From Octopus sinensis (taxonomy: Eukaryota): DNA of 27,766 bases. Position 1 is the first letter of the stretch, and every line of letters begins with the position of its first letter. Shown piece by piece: positions 1-11,250 of this stretch. The stretch is from NCBI RefSeq assembly GCF_006345805.1, contig NW_021833356.1:1-27766 (forward strand), read 5' to 3'. The position numbers were made by a program, and so were the translations under genes. The notes under the pieces were generated by a model. The model was given only the letters and a program-made list of their open reading frames with translations, was not told where the DNA came from and ran no database searches.

Positions 1-598
1 ATAAATTTGACATGGGGTTGAGAATCTAAGCTTATCATATGCAACACATTTTCCGTTGTAGTTTTCGCAACTTGCAATCGATTTTCACCAAACTCATGGT
101 GAAGCTTAATGTTACCCTAAGGAACTTAATTCTGACGTTAGTTTCCATGCAATACCTTACCTCAGAAAAAATCGATAAAATCATGCCATTTTGGGAAATC
201 GGGTTCAAATTCAAGATGACATATTTTCAACAATATCTTTAACAAATTGGCAGGAATTTTTTTTGAAATTCACAGCGAGCATCATGTCTGCTCCAAGGAG
301 CTATATGACCCTTTTGATTCCAATAGGATACGTTATTACTGGAAAAAATCAGTTAATTACATCATATGTGGCACACATAGCAAACCGATTTTTCTGTGAT
401 ATTTTTTGAAAGTTCACATAGATTTTCCCTACTTCTTCATCCATGCAAGGGAAGGGTGCCTTGAATGCCTTAATGCCTTTTAGGCTTCATTTTACAAAAT
501 AACGGTTCAATGAGTACAAAAAAGGGTAAAAAGGTAAACGGCATTGCTTATCGACAAAGTTTCTTACATACCCAGGCAACGCCGGGCTATGCTGCTAG
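1..598 (+). mobile_element. Non-autonomous Helitron-like element, 3' part (5' end outside window)
   Basis: Ends in the hairpin CCCAGGC-AAC-GCCGGG (571-586), then CTAG (595-598) and T, the canonical Helitron 3' terminus. The same GCAACGCCGGG...GCTAGT end recurs at 17205-17228. The 5' extent is assumed. Confidence 0.6.
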
Positions 599-654
599 TA
601 ATCGATAAAGGAAACAGAAGATAAATTAGGCACTTGTCTTTATTCTTTATTCAG

Positions 655-755
655 GACAATGGTCATTTCAACCTATCCAGCAACTGTTCATTATGTGTAG
701 GATATTATGCATTTTATTGTATTACATCAATCTGTGCAGTTTGTGTCACATCAGG
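655..755 (+). other. Candidate 101-nt spliced exon of an unidentified host transcript
   Basis: Acceptor CTTTATTCTTTATTCAG and donor CAG|GTACGT flank unique sequence. Two frames are open; one reads QWSFQPIQQLFIMCRILCILLLLHQSVQFVSHQ. Protein not recognised. Confidence 0.3.
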
Positions 756-964
756 TACGTGTATAAAGAAAGGAATTTCCTGTTAGATATACTGAGATGT
801 CCTAGGGAAGTTGTTCTCGCCTGCTGTATTTCGCTTTTGACTAATTAATGGGTTGAAGTAATCATCATACGGAATAAACACTTGTAAATTTATCTTCCAT
901 TTCTTTCGTGAATGATCATCACATATATATATATATATATATGTGGAGGCTCAGTGGTTAGGGC

Positions 965-1017
965 GATGTTACCTGTACAGATGATACCTGTACAGATGAT
1001 ACCTGTACAGGTATCAT
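965..1017. repeat. Three copies of a 15-bp unit ending in a perfect 22-bp palindrome
   Basis: GATG(T/A)TACCTGTACA at 965, 980 and 995; ATGATACCTGTACAGGTATCAT at 996-1017 is self-complementary. Confidence 0.9.
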
Positions 1018-1029
1018 AAGTCAGATGTC

Positions 1030-1147
1030 AGAATGATTGCAGAGCAATGTGAGATGAAGTGTTTTGCTTAAGAACACAATGCACTGCTTAATCCAGGAAT
1101 TGAAACTATGATGTTGTGGTTGTGAGTGCAATACCCTAACCACTAAG
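1030..1147 (-). mobile_element. tRNA-derived SINE head fragment (family B in this annotation)
   Basis: Reverse complement matches the 5' part of the SINE at 9984-10329 (AGTGGTTAGGG A-box region, then GTGTTCTTAAGCAAAACACTT). Confidence 0.7.
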
Positions 1148-1152
1148 ATTTA

Positions 1153-1224
1153 CACAGTTTCTGTCTACCAAATTCACTCACAAGTCCCAGGGCCATAGTA
1201 GAAGACACTTACCCACGATGCCAC
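1153..1224 (-). mobile_element. SINE family C internal fragment
   Basis: Reverse complement matches GTGGCACCTTGGGCAAGTGTCTTCTA...TTGTGAGTGGATTTGGTAGAC, seen at 26280-26350 and 4268-4345. Confidence 0.7.
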
Positions 1225-1395
1225 ATATTTATTCTGTATTCAAATTTCGACCAAAGTCAAAATCTTGTGCTTTGTCCCTTAGGAGGTGGGGATGGGATAA
1301 AATTAGGTACCGGCCATGTAATGGGGGTGGGAGTTTGATAATTTTAACTAATACTTGCTCCTTAAAAGCTGCTAGTCTTGTACTTAAATTGGAAG

Positions 1396-1481
1396 CCACC
1401 ACCACCAACATCACGGCCACTACTACCATCACCACCACCATCACCGTCATCATCATCAACATCAACATCATCATCATCATC
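1396..1481. repeat. (CAC/CAT)n imperfect trinucleotide microsatellite
   Basis: Direct reading; it explains the low-complexity ORFs at 1218-1490 and 1229-1480. Confidence 0.9.
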
Positions 1482-1739
1482 GTGGTTTAGCAGAATGTTT
1501 TGACTATCAAACAAAATGCGTTATGGTATTTGGTTATGATCATTGACATTCTGAGATCAAATCTCCACAAATTAAATTTTCCCCCTTCACCCTCACTCCC
1601 TCCCCCCATGGTCAATGAAATAAAGTACCAGTCAAGTACAAGTGTGGATTGGTTGTTTAGCGCCCTAACACTGAATTCTTGATCATGTACCAATATTAGT
1701 AATCATCATCATTATTATTATCATTATTATTATTATGAT

Positions 1740-1947
1740 AGTGAAATGCTTAGCAGTATTTCATCTGCCACTGTGTTCTGAGTTCAAATTCTCCCAAGGT
1801 TGATTTTGCCTTTCATCCTTTTGGGGTCAATAAATTAAGCACCAGTGAAACACTGGGGTCGATATAATCGACTGGTCTCCCTTCCCCCAAAATCCAGGCC
1901 TTGTGCTTATAGTAGAAAGGATTATCACTATTATTATTATTATTATT
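1740..1947 (+). mobile_element. SINE family F, 5'-truncated, with (ATT)n tail
   Basis: GAGTTCAAATT B-box-like motif, core GCCTTTCATCCTTTTGGGGTCAATAAATTAAGCACCAG and an ATT tail. Related fragments occur at about 5815-5870, 11740-11800 and 18303-18420. Confidence 0.75.
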
Positions 1948-2482
1948 GAGTGAAGGAGCAGTGCAGGCCATCAAAGTGAAACTGGGGTAAAATATACAAA
2001 GCCCAGTATACCCATCATGACTAACCGTCTGATAAGGGTACACCAGACACATGCATCACAACCATATGTGCATGACATGGTGATCTCATATCAAGATACA
2101 CAGCACATGACCTTGCAGGTGGGGCCCAGTTAGAATTTTCTTCAGGTCGAGTAGTGTATCCTGCTCAAAAGGTCCCTGAATAAGGATTGTTTAAGGATGT
2201 TGAGTGAAACACTGATGATTCCAGAGGGGAATTATCCAAACCCCCAAAAATTCCTCTCGACAAATGACTTTAATGCTCCTCCACAGCATATATGATGCAC
2301 CTATCATCAGCCACCAAGGGACATGCTCAACTGGTTACGGTCAAGCAACCGACAAGCAACCCTGTGGTATCAAGCAGAATATTTGCTGTAGCCCATCTTT
2401 TATACCAAGACAAAACACATATGTGATAACACTTCCAATCAATTAAGATCAGAAGCCATGAAAGCCACAGCCTGGTTCTGCA
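1948..2482. mobile_element. Interspersed repeat of unknown class
   Basis: GC-richer block bounded by ATT microsatellites that resembles an abundant Octopus repeat (recalled, not searched). No ORF or terminal repeats seen. Confidence 0.5.
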
Positions 2483-2500
2483 TATTATTATTATCATTAT

Positions 2501-2820
2501 ATGTGTTTGTGTATTTGTCCCCCCCAAAATCACCTGACAACTGATGCTGGTGTGCTTATGACCCCTTAACTTAGCGGTCAGCAAAAGAGTCCGATAGAAT
2601 AAGTACTAGGCTTACAAAGAATAAGTCCCGGGGTCGATTTGTTCGACTAAAGGCGGTGCCCCAGCATGGTCGCAGTCAAATGACTGAAACAAGTAAAAGA
2701 GACTGATAGAATAAGTACTAGGCTTACAAAGAATAAGTCTTGGGGTCGATTTGTTTCGACTAAAGGCGGTGCTCCAGCATGGTCGCAGTCAAATGACTGA
2801 AACGAAGAAAAGAAAAAGAA
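2501..2820 (+). mobile_element. SINE family C 3' half with a 112-bp tandem duplication of its 3' end
   Basis: Matches 26430-26630. The segment AAAAGAG...GATAGAATAAGTACT...GACTGAAAC starts at both 2583 and 2695. Confidence 0.85.
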
Positions 2821-2852
2821 TAAAGCACTTCAAGTGTAAACTTTATGAATTA

Positions 2853-2886
<34 letters not shown>

Positions 2887-3377
2887 CATGATCATTATTA
2901 TGAAAAATTTCCCATATCTGCTCTGTTTACTCATTATGAACTTAGTAGTATATCCACCCCCGACTGCATTTTACATGAAGTAATTTTTTTAATACATTAG
3001 TAACTGCATGGTATTGAGAAGTTCAAAGATGGATAAATTTTAGAAAAAAAAAAGCATGTCTACACATGAGTGCACAATGAAATTGCTATGAAAATAGGAA
3101 ATTTAAAATGGTTGTGCTCTTTGTAAAACGTGCACAGTGCCCATTAGAGTTATTTTTCTACATTTCCTTTTAGCATGATATTTTTTTCTATATTTTTATT
3201 ATTATCACTATTGTCATTTCACTTCTCAGAACTAATTTCCCCAAGGGCAGACAACGACCTGCTGTCAAGGATCTCACAGGGTCTCTTCTCAACACCCAAA
3301 TACCGGTCTCAAAATCCTCACCGTCCCCCCAATAAAGCTGTTTTCTGAGCATGTTCTACTCTCGTGTCATTCCCATT

Positions 3378-3378
<1 letters not shown>

Positions 3379-3414
<36 letters not shown>

Positions 3415-4105
3415 CCACTTAACATCTGCTTCCCATGCTGGCATGAGTTGGACGGCTTGACTGGGGTCTGGCAAGCCAGGAGGCTGCACCAGGCTCCAAT
3501 CTGATCTGGCAGTGTTTCTACAGCTGGATGCCCTTCCTAATGCCAACCACTCTGGGAGTGTAGTGAGTGTTTTTTACATGCTATGGGCACAGGAGCCAGT
3601 CAGGCGGCACTGTCAGTGGCCTGTTCAAATGGTGCTGTTTATGTGCCACCAGCACAGGAGCCAGTCAGGCGGGACTGGCATCGACTACGCTTGAATGGTG
3701 CTATTTATGTGCCACCAGCACAGGAGCCAGTCAGGCAGAACTGGCATCAACCATGCTTGAATGGTGCTATTTATGTGCCACTGGCACAGGAGCCAGTCAG
3801 GCGGAACTGGCATCAACCATGCTTGAATGGTGCTATTTATGTGCCACTGGCACAGGAGCTAGTCAGGCAGAACTGGCATGGGCCACACTTGAATGGTGCT
3901 ATTTATGTGCCACCAGCACAGGAGCCAGTCAGGCGGAACTGCCATCAACCATGCTTGAATGGTGCTATTTATGTGCCACTGGCACAGGAGCCAGTCAGGC
4001 GGCACTGGCATAGGCCACAACAAAGATTTTACTTGATTCAACAAGTCTTCTCAAGCACAGCATATTGCCCAATGATTGAAGGGGTCTCCAAAATGGGCCA
4101 GTCAT
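3379..4105 (-). mobile_element. SINE family D ((GAT)n tail) with an expanded internal 66-bp VNTR
   Basis: (ATC)n at 3379-3413, then CCATGCTGGCATG...CTACAGCTGGATGCCCTTCCTAATGCCAACCAC, shared with six other copies in the window. Confidence 0.85.
3570..4016. repeat. 66-bp minisatellite, about 7 units, SINE-internal
   Basis: GTGCCAC...CAGGAGCCAGTCAGGC starts at 3643, 3709, 3775, 3841, 3907 and 3973. The same motif occurs 2-3 times in the SINE copy at 23830-23990. Confidence 0.9.
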
Positions 4106-4267
4106 ATTTCTCAAATTTAGTTGTTAATGCCCTCAGTGACCCTACAACTACCGGGAAAACAGTTCCTTCCTTCATTGCCCACAATCTTTTACTGGATTGT
4201 ACTTCTCAATCTTTTCCAGTTCTCTATCATCCATTTGTTTATCCCCAGGTATGGCAATATTTATGGT

Positions 4268-4420
4268 AGTTTCCATCTACCAAATCCACTCACAAGGCTT
4301 TGGTCAGCCCAAAGCTATAGTAGAAGTCACTTGCCCAAGGTGCCACGCAGTGGGACTGAACCCGGAACCAACCACATGTGGTTGGTAAGCAAGCTACTTA
4401 CCACACAGTCACTCCTGCAC
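4268..4420 (-). mobile_element. SINE family C tRNA-like head
   Basis: Reverse complement is GTGCAGGAGTGACTGTGTGGTAAG...GGTTCAGTCCCACTGCGTGGCACCTTGGGCAAG, matching 26211-26350 and 20648-20774, with A-box- and B-box-like motifs. Confidence 0.85.
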
Positions 4421-4504
4421 ATACTGAAATACTACTAGGTGAAATTTGTTGATTTTATTAAATTAATTATATTTCACATTATATCTGTAATGTATATATA
4501 TACA

Positions 4505-4734
4505 TGCACCAATCCGACCGTGGCCGATGCCAGCCTCGCCTGGCACCAGTGCAGGTGGCATGTAAAAAGCACCCACTACACTCACGGAGTGGTTGGCGTT
4601 AAGAAGGGCATCCAGCTGTAGAAACTTTGCCAGATAAGACCGGAGCCTGGTGCAGCCTTCTGGCTTCCCAGATCCCTGGTCGAATCGTCCAACCCATGCT
4701 AGCATGGAGAACGGACGTTAAACGATGATGATGA
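4505..4734 (+). mobile_element. SINE family D 3' part, young copy
   Basis: Ends GGACGTTAAACGATGATGATGA; near-identical in inverted orientation to 23668-23900. Confidence 0.9.
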
Positions 4735-5644
4735 CATATATATATATTTTTACATATGATAGGCTCCTCTCAGTTTCCCTAATAAGACCTATGCAGTGAC
4801 ATTTAGAAGCTAAAAAGCTTTATATTTCAGATTTTACTTGTATATCACTATAACTGGAGTAGTTTTGAGACAAACTTTCTCTCATTGCTTTAGATGTGAA
4901 TCTTATTTTAAAACTTGTGAAACACCCACCTTATTAAGAAAATATTTATTAATGACAGAAACAGTATTAACACCAACATGTGGTATTTATCCCCTACTTA
5001 AAAATGGATGCTCTGTTAGAAAAAACTATACTGCGGTAGATATCACGAGAGAAACTCTCATATTGGCTTTTGGTGTAAGATACACTCTTATTTATATCAC
5101 TAGTGGTCAGATAAATCCCTGCCTCTACCAGTGTCAAGTCCACCAGATCAACCCCACTTCCCTTATTGTATCAATAAAATGCATAAATTATCTTACAAAA
5201 TCATTCTAAGTTCATGAATGTTTTAGAATTCAATTGAAAATCACAGTAAGTATATCCATCTGTCTGTCCGTCCGTCTGTTCATCCAGCCATTTGTCCATT
5301 CATTTTTGCTGCCTGCTATTCTCAGGTGTGTTGTGTGAGGGCAGAGTCTCTGGGTATCTCTTGAATGGGGTCTTATCAGAAGCAAATGTCATTAAGCTTC
5401 CCTGTTTGGGTCTCAGACACAACCAGCTGGGACTATGGTCATTGTCCAACCATCTCACTCTCAGCCTACCCCACTTGGGTATCCTGCCAGCTGGCTCAGC
5501 TTAAAGAATCCATCTCGCGGCCCTTTTCCCCACCGCAATTTTTTTAAACCCCATGTCAATAGTACCAGAAGTGTGACCCTCAATGCACAGAAGTAGTTGA
5601 CTGACCTGCAAAATTCTCCCTGATCTCAGGGCTACACACCCTGT

Positions 5645-5792
5645 TGTTATCTCATAGCTTCAAAATTTTGATGATTCCGCTGTTTCTTTTTAGAGAGACA
5701 TTATCAGGTAGGAGTGAAAGGCCAGATCTAGCCAGTTTGGACGTAAAACAGGTAGAAAATAAGGGCCAGGTGTGGCCGGTTTAAATGCTAAA
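5645..5792. mobile_element. piggyBac-type MITE fragment (right half)
   Basis: Aligns with 16620-16768 (ATCTCATAGCTTC...AAAACAGGTA...TTTAAATGCT). Confidence 0.7.
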
Positions 5793-6074
5793 AATTTCAT
5801 CAGGTCTCTTTCTCTTCTCAGTTCAAATCCAGAAGGGTCTAACTTTGCTTCTTATTCTTCAGATAGCATAGTGGGGTTAGGTGGGGAAGGGTGAGCAATA
5901 TAAAAATAGGAAATAAGCAATAATTGAACAGGGACTTATTGTTTTTTTAATTGTTCTTTATTTTATTTTATGTTCCTTTTTTGTTCTTGTGATTATTTTT
6001 CAAGTAATTTCTTATTTTATATTTTTCTTTTTGATTATTGTAAAAATAGCATAAAAACATGTCTATCCACACAC

Positions 6075-6110
6075 ATGGATATATTATATACACACATATA
6101 TATATATACA

Positions 6111-6141
<31 letters not shown>

Positions 6142-6390
6142 GTATGTATAAATATATGTATGTGTATATATGTATGTATAAATATGTATATATATGTGTA
6201 TATATGTATATATATTTATGTGTGTATATAAATACATGAATATATGTGTATATATATAAATATAAATGTATGATGTATATGCATGTATATGTATATATAT
6301 ATAGATATATATGTTTGTATGTATGTATGTATGTGTGTGTGTGCATATATATTCACACACATACATGTGCACACATACACACACAATATG
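6075..6390. repeat. Compound (TA)n/(TATG)n/(CA)n microsatellite
   Basis: Direct reading. Confidence 0.95.
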
Positions 6391-6713
6391 CATTTTTTTT
6401 TACATTCTTTTATTTCCATTTAAATCACTTTTCTTTTATTTAATTAAAAATATAGTTTTTAATTAGTGAATTTGTTTAGTTTTTCTTTTCATGTCATGTC
6501 ATCAGAATTAAATTATTGCAATTTTGGTTTTGGTGTGTGAATGTATGTGGATAAGTGAGAGAGAGAGAGAGAGTATGTGTGTGTGTATGTGCATGTTAGA
6601 ATGTTTGTTTGACAAAAAGAATCTCTCGAGGCAGTGCCCCAGGATGGCTGCAGTCCAATGATGGAAACAAATAAAAGAATAAAAAATAAAAAGATAGATA
6701 TTAGTTCCTGTTT

Positions 6714-7378
6714 GTCTTAGAGTTTGAACCGGCAACTTCGAGGTCACAGGTAAACATATGTTGCCAGGCATTGTTGTTGATGCTGCACCCCAAGCCAGCC
6801 CCTGATTAAGAGTCAGAAAATAATGGTGGGGTTCTGCATTGTTAATAATTTATTCACAAGAGGGGTCATCATTGGCTGTCAATTGGTTTGACTGCCATAA
6901 GAAGCGTCAAGTCTAATGCAGGGCCCTGTGCCCATCGACAGGGAGCAGAAGAGATGCAGGGGACCAATATCCATCCATCCATTTTTGCCCCTCACTATTC
7001 CCCAGAAGGTTGTGGGGTTACAACTCTCAGGTACCTTCCACATTAAACTGACCTACTGGATGCCTCATTCTTCTGACACTTTCCTGCGATATTCTAACAG
7101 TATGTCCATAGCGCTGCTTTCCATACTGGCAAGGGTTGAATTGTCTGAGGAGCCACAGGGCTCTGACAAGCTCCAGTACCAGCTTTGTGATGTTTTCTAC
7201 AGCTGGATACCCTTCCTAATGCCAACCACTTTACAGAACATACTGGTTGCTTTTTAAACGGTTCCAGCATTAGTGAGGTTGCCAAGTCTTAGAGTTTGAA
7301 CCGGCAACTTCGAGGTCACAGGTAAACATATGTTGCCAGGCATTGTTGTTGATGCTGCACCCTAAGCCAGCCCCTGAT
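6714..7378. repeat. Pair of 93-bp direct repeats (6714-6806 and 7286-7378), one mismatch
   Basis: GTCTTAGAGTTTGAACCGGCAACTTCGAGG...GCCAGCCCCTGAT occurs twice, 572 bp apart. Confidence 0.95.
7105..7285 (-). mobile_element. SINE family D, older diverged copy
   Basis: Contains TTTCTACAGCTGGATACCCTTCCTAATGCCAACCAC and degenerate flanks. Confidence 0.75.
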
Positions 7379-7386
7379 GCAAGACA

Positions 7387-7611
7387 CATCATCATCATCA
7401 TCGTTTAACGTCCGTTTTCCATGCTAGCATGGGTTTGACGGTTTGACCAGAGTCTGGGAAGCCAGGAGGCTGCGCCAGGCCCAGTCTGATCTGGCACTGT
7501 TTCTACAGCTGGATGCCCTTCCTAACGCCAACAAACTCTGTGAGTGTAGTGGGTGCGTTTTACATGCCACCGGCACAGGGGCCAGGGGAGGCTGGCAAAC
7601 GGCCATGATCC
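7387..7611 (-). mobile_element. SINE family D 3' part
   Basis: (CAT)n-CGTTTAACGTCCGTTTTCCATGCTAGCATGGG...; matches 23668-23890. Confidence 0.9.
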
Positions 7612-8002
7612 GTTAAGAAAAAGTAAGATCCCCTTTAAACAAAGAAAGGGTATTTAAGAGAGGAAGGTGGATTTCTATTGGGTGCTTAGTGGTAAAAACA
7701 TAACAGAGTGACAAGTACAGGTGTTAGACAATGTTTGTGAGATGGAGAAGAAGTAACTGTAGAACTTTATTGGTTGGAAATCCTAATGATATTTGGATTT
7801 ATATGAACGATATTTGGGAGAAAAATTGTGTGTGTGTGTGTGTGTTGTAAACGGAAATTGCGAATTATGTTCTGATTTTGGACTTGACGTGAAAAACCAT
7901 AACGAACGAGATTATTTAACATTCTTCACATGAAATTTATGAAACACTATTTTTTCCTCTTGACACAACTTTTCTGTTACTGTTGTTAAATGAATAAATT
8001 TA

Positions 8003-8130
8003 CATATATATATATATATATATACTATATATATATATAAACACTATATATATATATATATGTATATATGTGTATTTATGTATATATATTATATATATAT
8101 ATATATATATACACTATATATATATATATA

Positions 8131-8172
<42 letters not shown>

Positions 8173-8397
8173 TATAGACATATACATATATGTATATATG
8201 CAAACATATATATAGACTTACATGTCTATATTTATGCATTTATAAGTATATATATATATGTGTGTGTGTATGTGTATACCTATATATATATATAATATAT
8301 ATATAAATAAATATATATGCATGTATATGTATATATATATGTATATTTATGAGTATAAATATATATGTGTATAAATATGTACATATTCATATATATC

Positions 8398-8429
<32 letters not shown>

Positions 8430-8638
8430 AGCGCACATACATATATATATGTAAACACACAGATATCTAGATCTATATATATGTGTGTGTGTGCATGTGC
8501 ATGTATGTATATATGTATGTGTGTATATATATATATATATTATATATATATATATATATAATATATATATATATGTATATGCACACGCATACATAGATAT
8601 ACATATACACATACATAAATATACATATATATATATAC
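8003..8638. repeat. Compound (TA)n-rich microsatellite field
   Basis: Direct reading. Confidence 0.95.
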
Positions 8639-8789
8639 AGCCATTATCATTTTGAAATATGCATGATGTTTGTTGCTTATAGGGAAATGGGGAAATTAAG
8701 GAAGACTGGTAGTGGTGGGAGGGGATGAACAAAGTTCATCTTTGACAAGTATATTACAAAAAAAAATTCATGACTAGGAAAAAGGTTTA

Positions 8790-8896
8790 TATGCATATGT
8801 GTGCATATATATGTATATGTATATGTGTGCGTGTGTGTGTGTCTATATATATATTATATATATATATATATCGATATTTGTGCATGTGTGTCTATG

Positions 8897-8928
<32 letters not shown>

Positions 8929-8956
8929 ATATTATATATATATATATATGTATATA

Positions 8957-9002
<46 letters not shown>

Positions 9003-9289
9003 CATTCATACCTATAAAAATATATATATGTATATACATACATATTTATATATATACATATATCTGTATGTCTATGTATATATATGCATATCTATGTATG
9101 TATATGTGCATGTATGTATATATATATAGAGAGAGAGAGGCATATATACATACATATACCCATATGCAAGTATCTACATATTCATATATGTATGTGTAAG
9201 TATATATGTATGTATATGCACAGACACACATCCCTCTATATATATACATACATTTATATATCTATATATATATATATATCTATATATAT

Positions 9290-9321
<32 letters not shown>

Positions 9322-9350
9322 CATACACATATGTAAGTATACACATATAT
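8790..9350. repeat. Compound (TA)n-rich microsatellite field
   Basis: Direct reading. Confidence 0.95.
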
Positions 9351-9983
9351 GTTCTTCATTAAAACGCTTAGAAAAGAAAAAGAAAAAAATATTTGCAAGG
9401 TAAAAAAGAGAGAAACAAAAAAAAACTGTGTACCACCAATTTCTATTCTTGAAAGCTGCAAGACTCATTCCGCAAAAAGACAAAGAAATGGCCTTTCCAT
9501 TTAACCACTCAAGTATGTTTTGCTTCCTTCGGTCATCTGTTTCTTCTTCAACACAAGACAGAACTCACACTATGATACCATTCCATACCTTCTCAGACAA
9601 ACGGCAAATCTTGATGTCACCACATATTCCACAATTGTTACATGCCTTCATCTTTTTTTACCATTTATTAGTAGTATAAGATATGTATATATATATATAT
9701 GTATATATGTGGTTATATACTGTATATATTTTATATTTTATATTTTATATTTTGTTCCTATCACCACCACCACCATCCCCATGCTCCTACCACTTTTTTA
9801 TATAAACCTAACATATTTGTCTCCCTTGCCCCTACTTATCTGCCCTTCTTGTCTATTCCCCCAATTAATCTCACTCATTATTACTTTAAATTTTAAGGAA
9901 TGAGGCTGTTTCTTCATGTTTCATATAGTATATGTGCTTGTATCTATATTATGTATGGGATAAATATAGGTAGGCAGGTATGT

Positions 9984-10329
9984 GAAGACACATGGGTCAG
10001 TAGTTAAAACGTCAGGCTCACAATTGCGAGGTTGTGAGTTCGATTCCCTGGCCGGGCTGCGTGTTGTGTTCTTGAGCAAGACACTTTATTTCATGTTGCT
10101 CCAGTTAACTCAGCTGTAGAAATGAGTTGTGACATCACTGATACCAAGATGCATCGGCCCCTTAGCCTTTCCCTTTGATATCATCAGTGATGTGGAGAAG
10201 GGAGGCTGGTATGCATGGCCAAGAGCTGGTCTTCCATAAAACAGCCTTGTCCAGACTTGTGCCTCAGAGGGAACTTTTTATGTTCAGTCCCATGGTCATT
10301 CATCACCAAAGGAAGTCTTTATACTTTTA
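9984..10329 (+). mobile_element. Near full-length tRNA-derived SINE (family B)
   Basis: Head with B box GAGTTCGATTCCC, core GTGTTCTTGAGCAAGACACTT...CAGCTGTAGAAATGAG and 3' CCCATGGTCATTCA. Homologous to 22003-22221 (-) and 24380-24561 (+). Confidence 0.85.
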
Positions 10330-10855
10330 TGCATGTAGCCATGTACATGCATTCTGTTTTTGAGCAATACACTTCATTTCAAGTTGCTCTGGCATTCTGG
10401 ACAGACAATGTTAATTTGATGAAGGAAGCGATTTAATGTACAGCAGAGTAAATATTTGAAATATCTGACCGCTATAAACACATCATCTGTACATCTCTTC
10501 ACAACGCTTGTCTCACTAGCACTTCCCTCCACTCACTGCAGCAAGGGGTGAGATAATCATAGTCCTTTGTCATCTCTCTCCCTCCTGTCCTTTCCCAGCC
10601 AGCTGTATCATTGCCATTCTTCATCTCCCCAACATACCTGTGTTCACATCTTACTGCAATCCGCTTCTCATTGCCTCTCCTCTCTTTGCAATCTCCTGAA
10701 CTCCCTTCTTACTCTCCCTGTCCAATCATCTGGGCACTTCCCACTTACATTATTCACCTCCTTATACTTTGAAGGGACACCCCAGTACATCAACACCAAC
10801 TTCTCTCCCACTCCCTTCCTCTCTCTCTCTGACTAGGGTATTCATGTATCTTTTC

Positions 10856-10925
10856 TGCAAGGGGTCGCTTAAAAGTTCTTGGCTTTGAGGGTATCATGAA
10901 AGGCCTCGCTGAAGGTCCAGCCGTC
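10856..10925. mobile_element. Mariner-type MITE end fragment
   Basis: GGGGTCGCTTAAAAGTTCTTGGCTTT...AGGCCT aligns with the left end of the element at 23444. Confidence 0.6.
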
Positions 10926-11054
10926 TGAGTTCAAATAATACAGGGAGTGAATTTCGTGCCAAGTAAATTCATTCTCGCCAAGTGAATTCATGGTCATGGC
11001 CATTGCTGGTGTTGAGTAAATTACACCCATGAAATCGTAGTTATGGTCATTATC

Positions 11055-11250
11055 AGTTTCATGTAAATGGCACCTGTGCCTTTGGAATGTAAAATGCAAC
11101 CCATTACGCTCTTGGAATGGTCGGCGTTAGGAAGGACATCCAGCCAAATCAGATGGGAACCGGGTGCAGCTCTTTGGTTTACCAGCTCCTGTCAGACTGT
11201 CTAACCCATGCCAGCAGACACTAAATCATGATGATGATGATGATGATGAT
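11055..11250 (+). mobile_element. SINE family D diverged 3' part with (GAT)n tail
   Basis: GGCGTTAGGAAGGACATCCAGC...AACCCATGCCAGC, then (GAT)n. Confidence 0.75.

Noticed and set aside
3583-4269. 228-aa ORF as a real gene
   Set aside because: It lies in a SINE-internal 66-bp VNTR whose motif recurs in other SINE copies; kept only as a low-interest exonisation hypothesis.
9280-9651. Minus-strand frame MKACNNCGICG...IIV-TGA-VLSC... as a selenoprotein
   Set aside because: No UxxC or CxxU motif, no recognisable family, no SECIS seen, and the frame runs into microsatellite.
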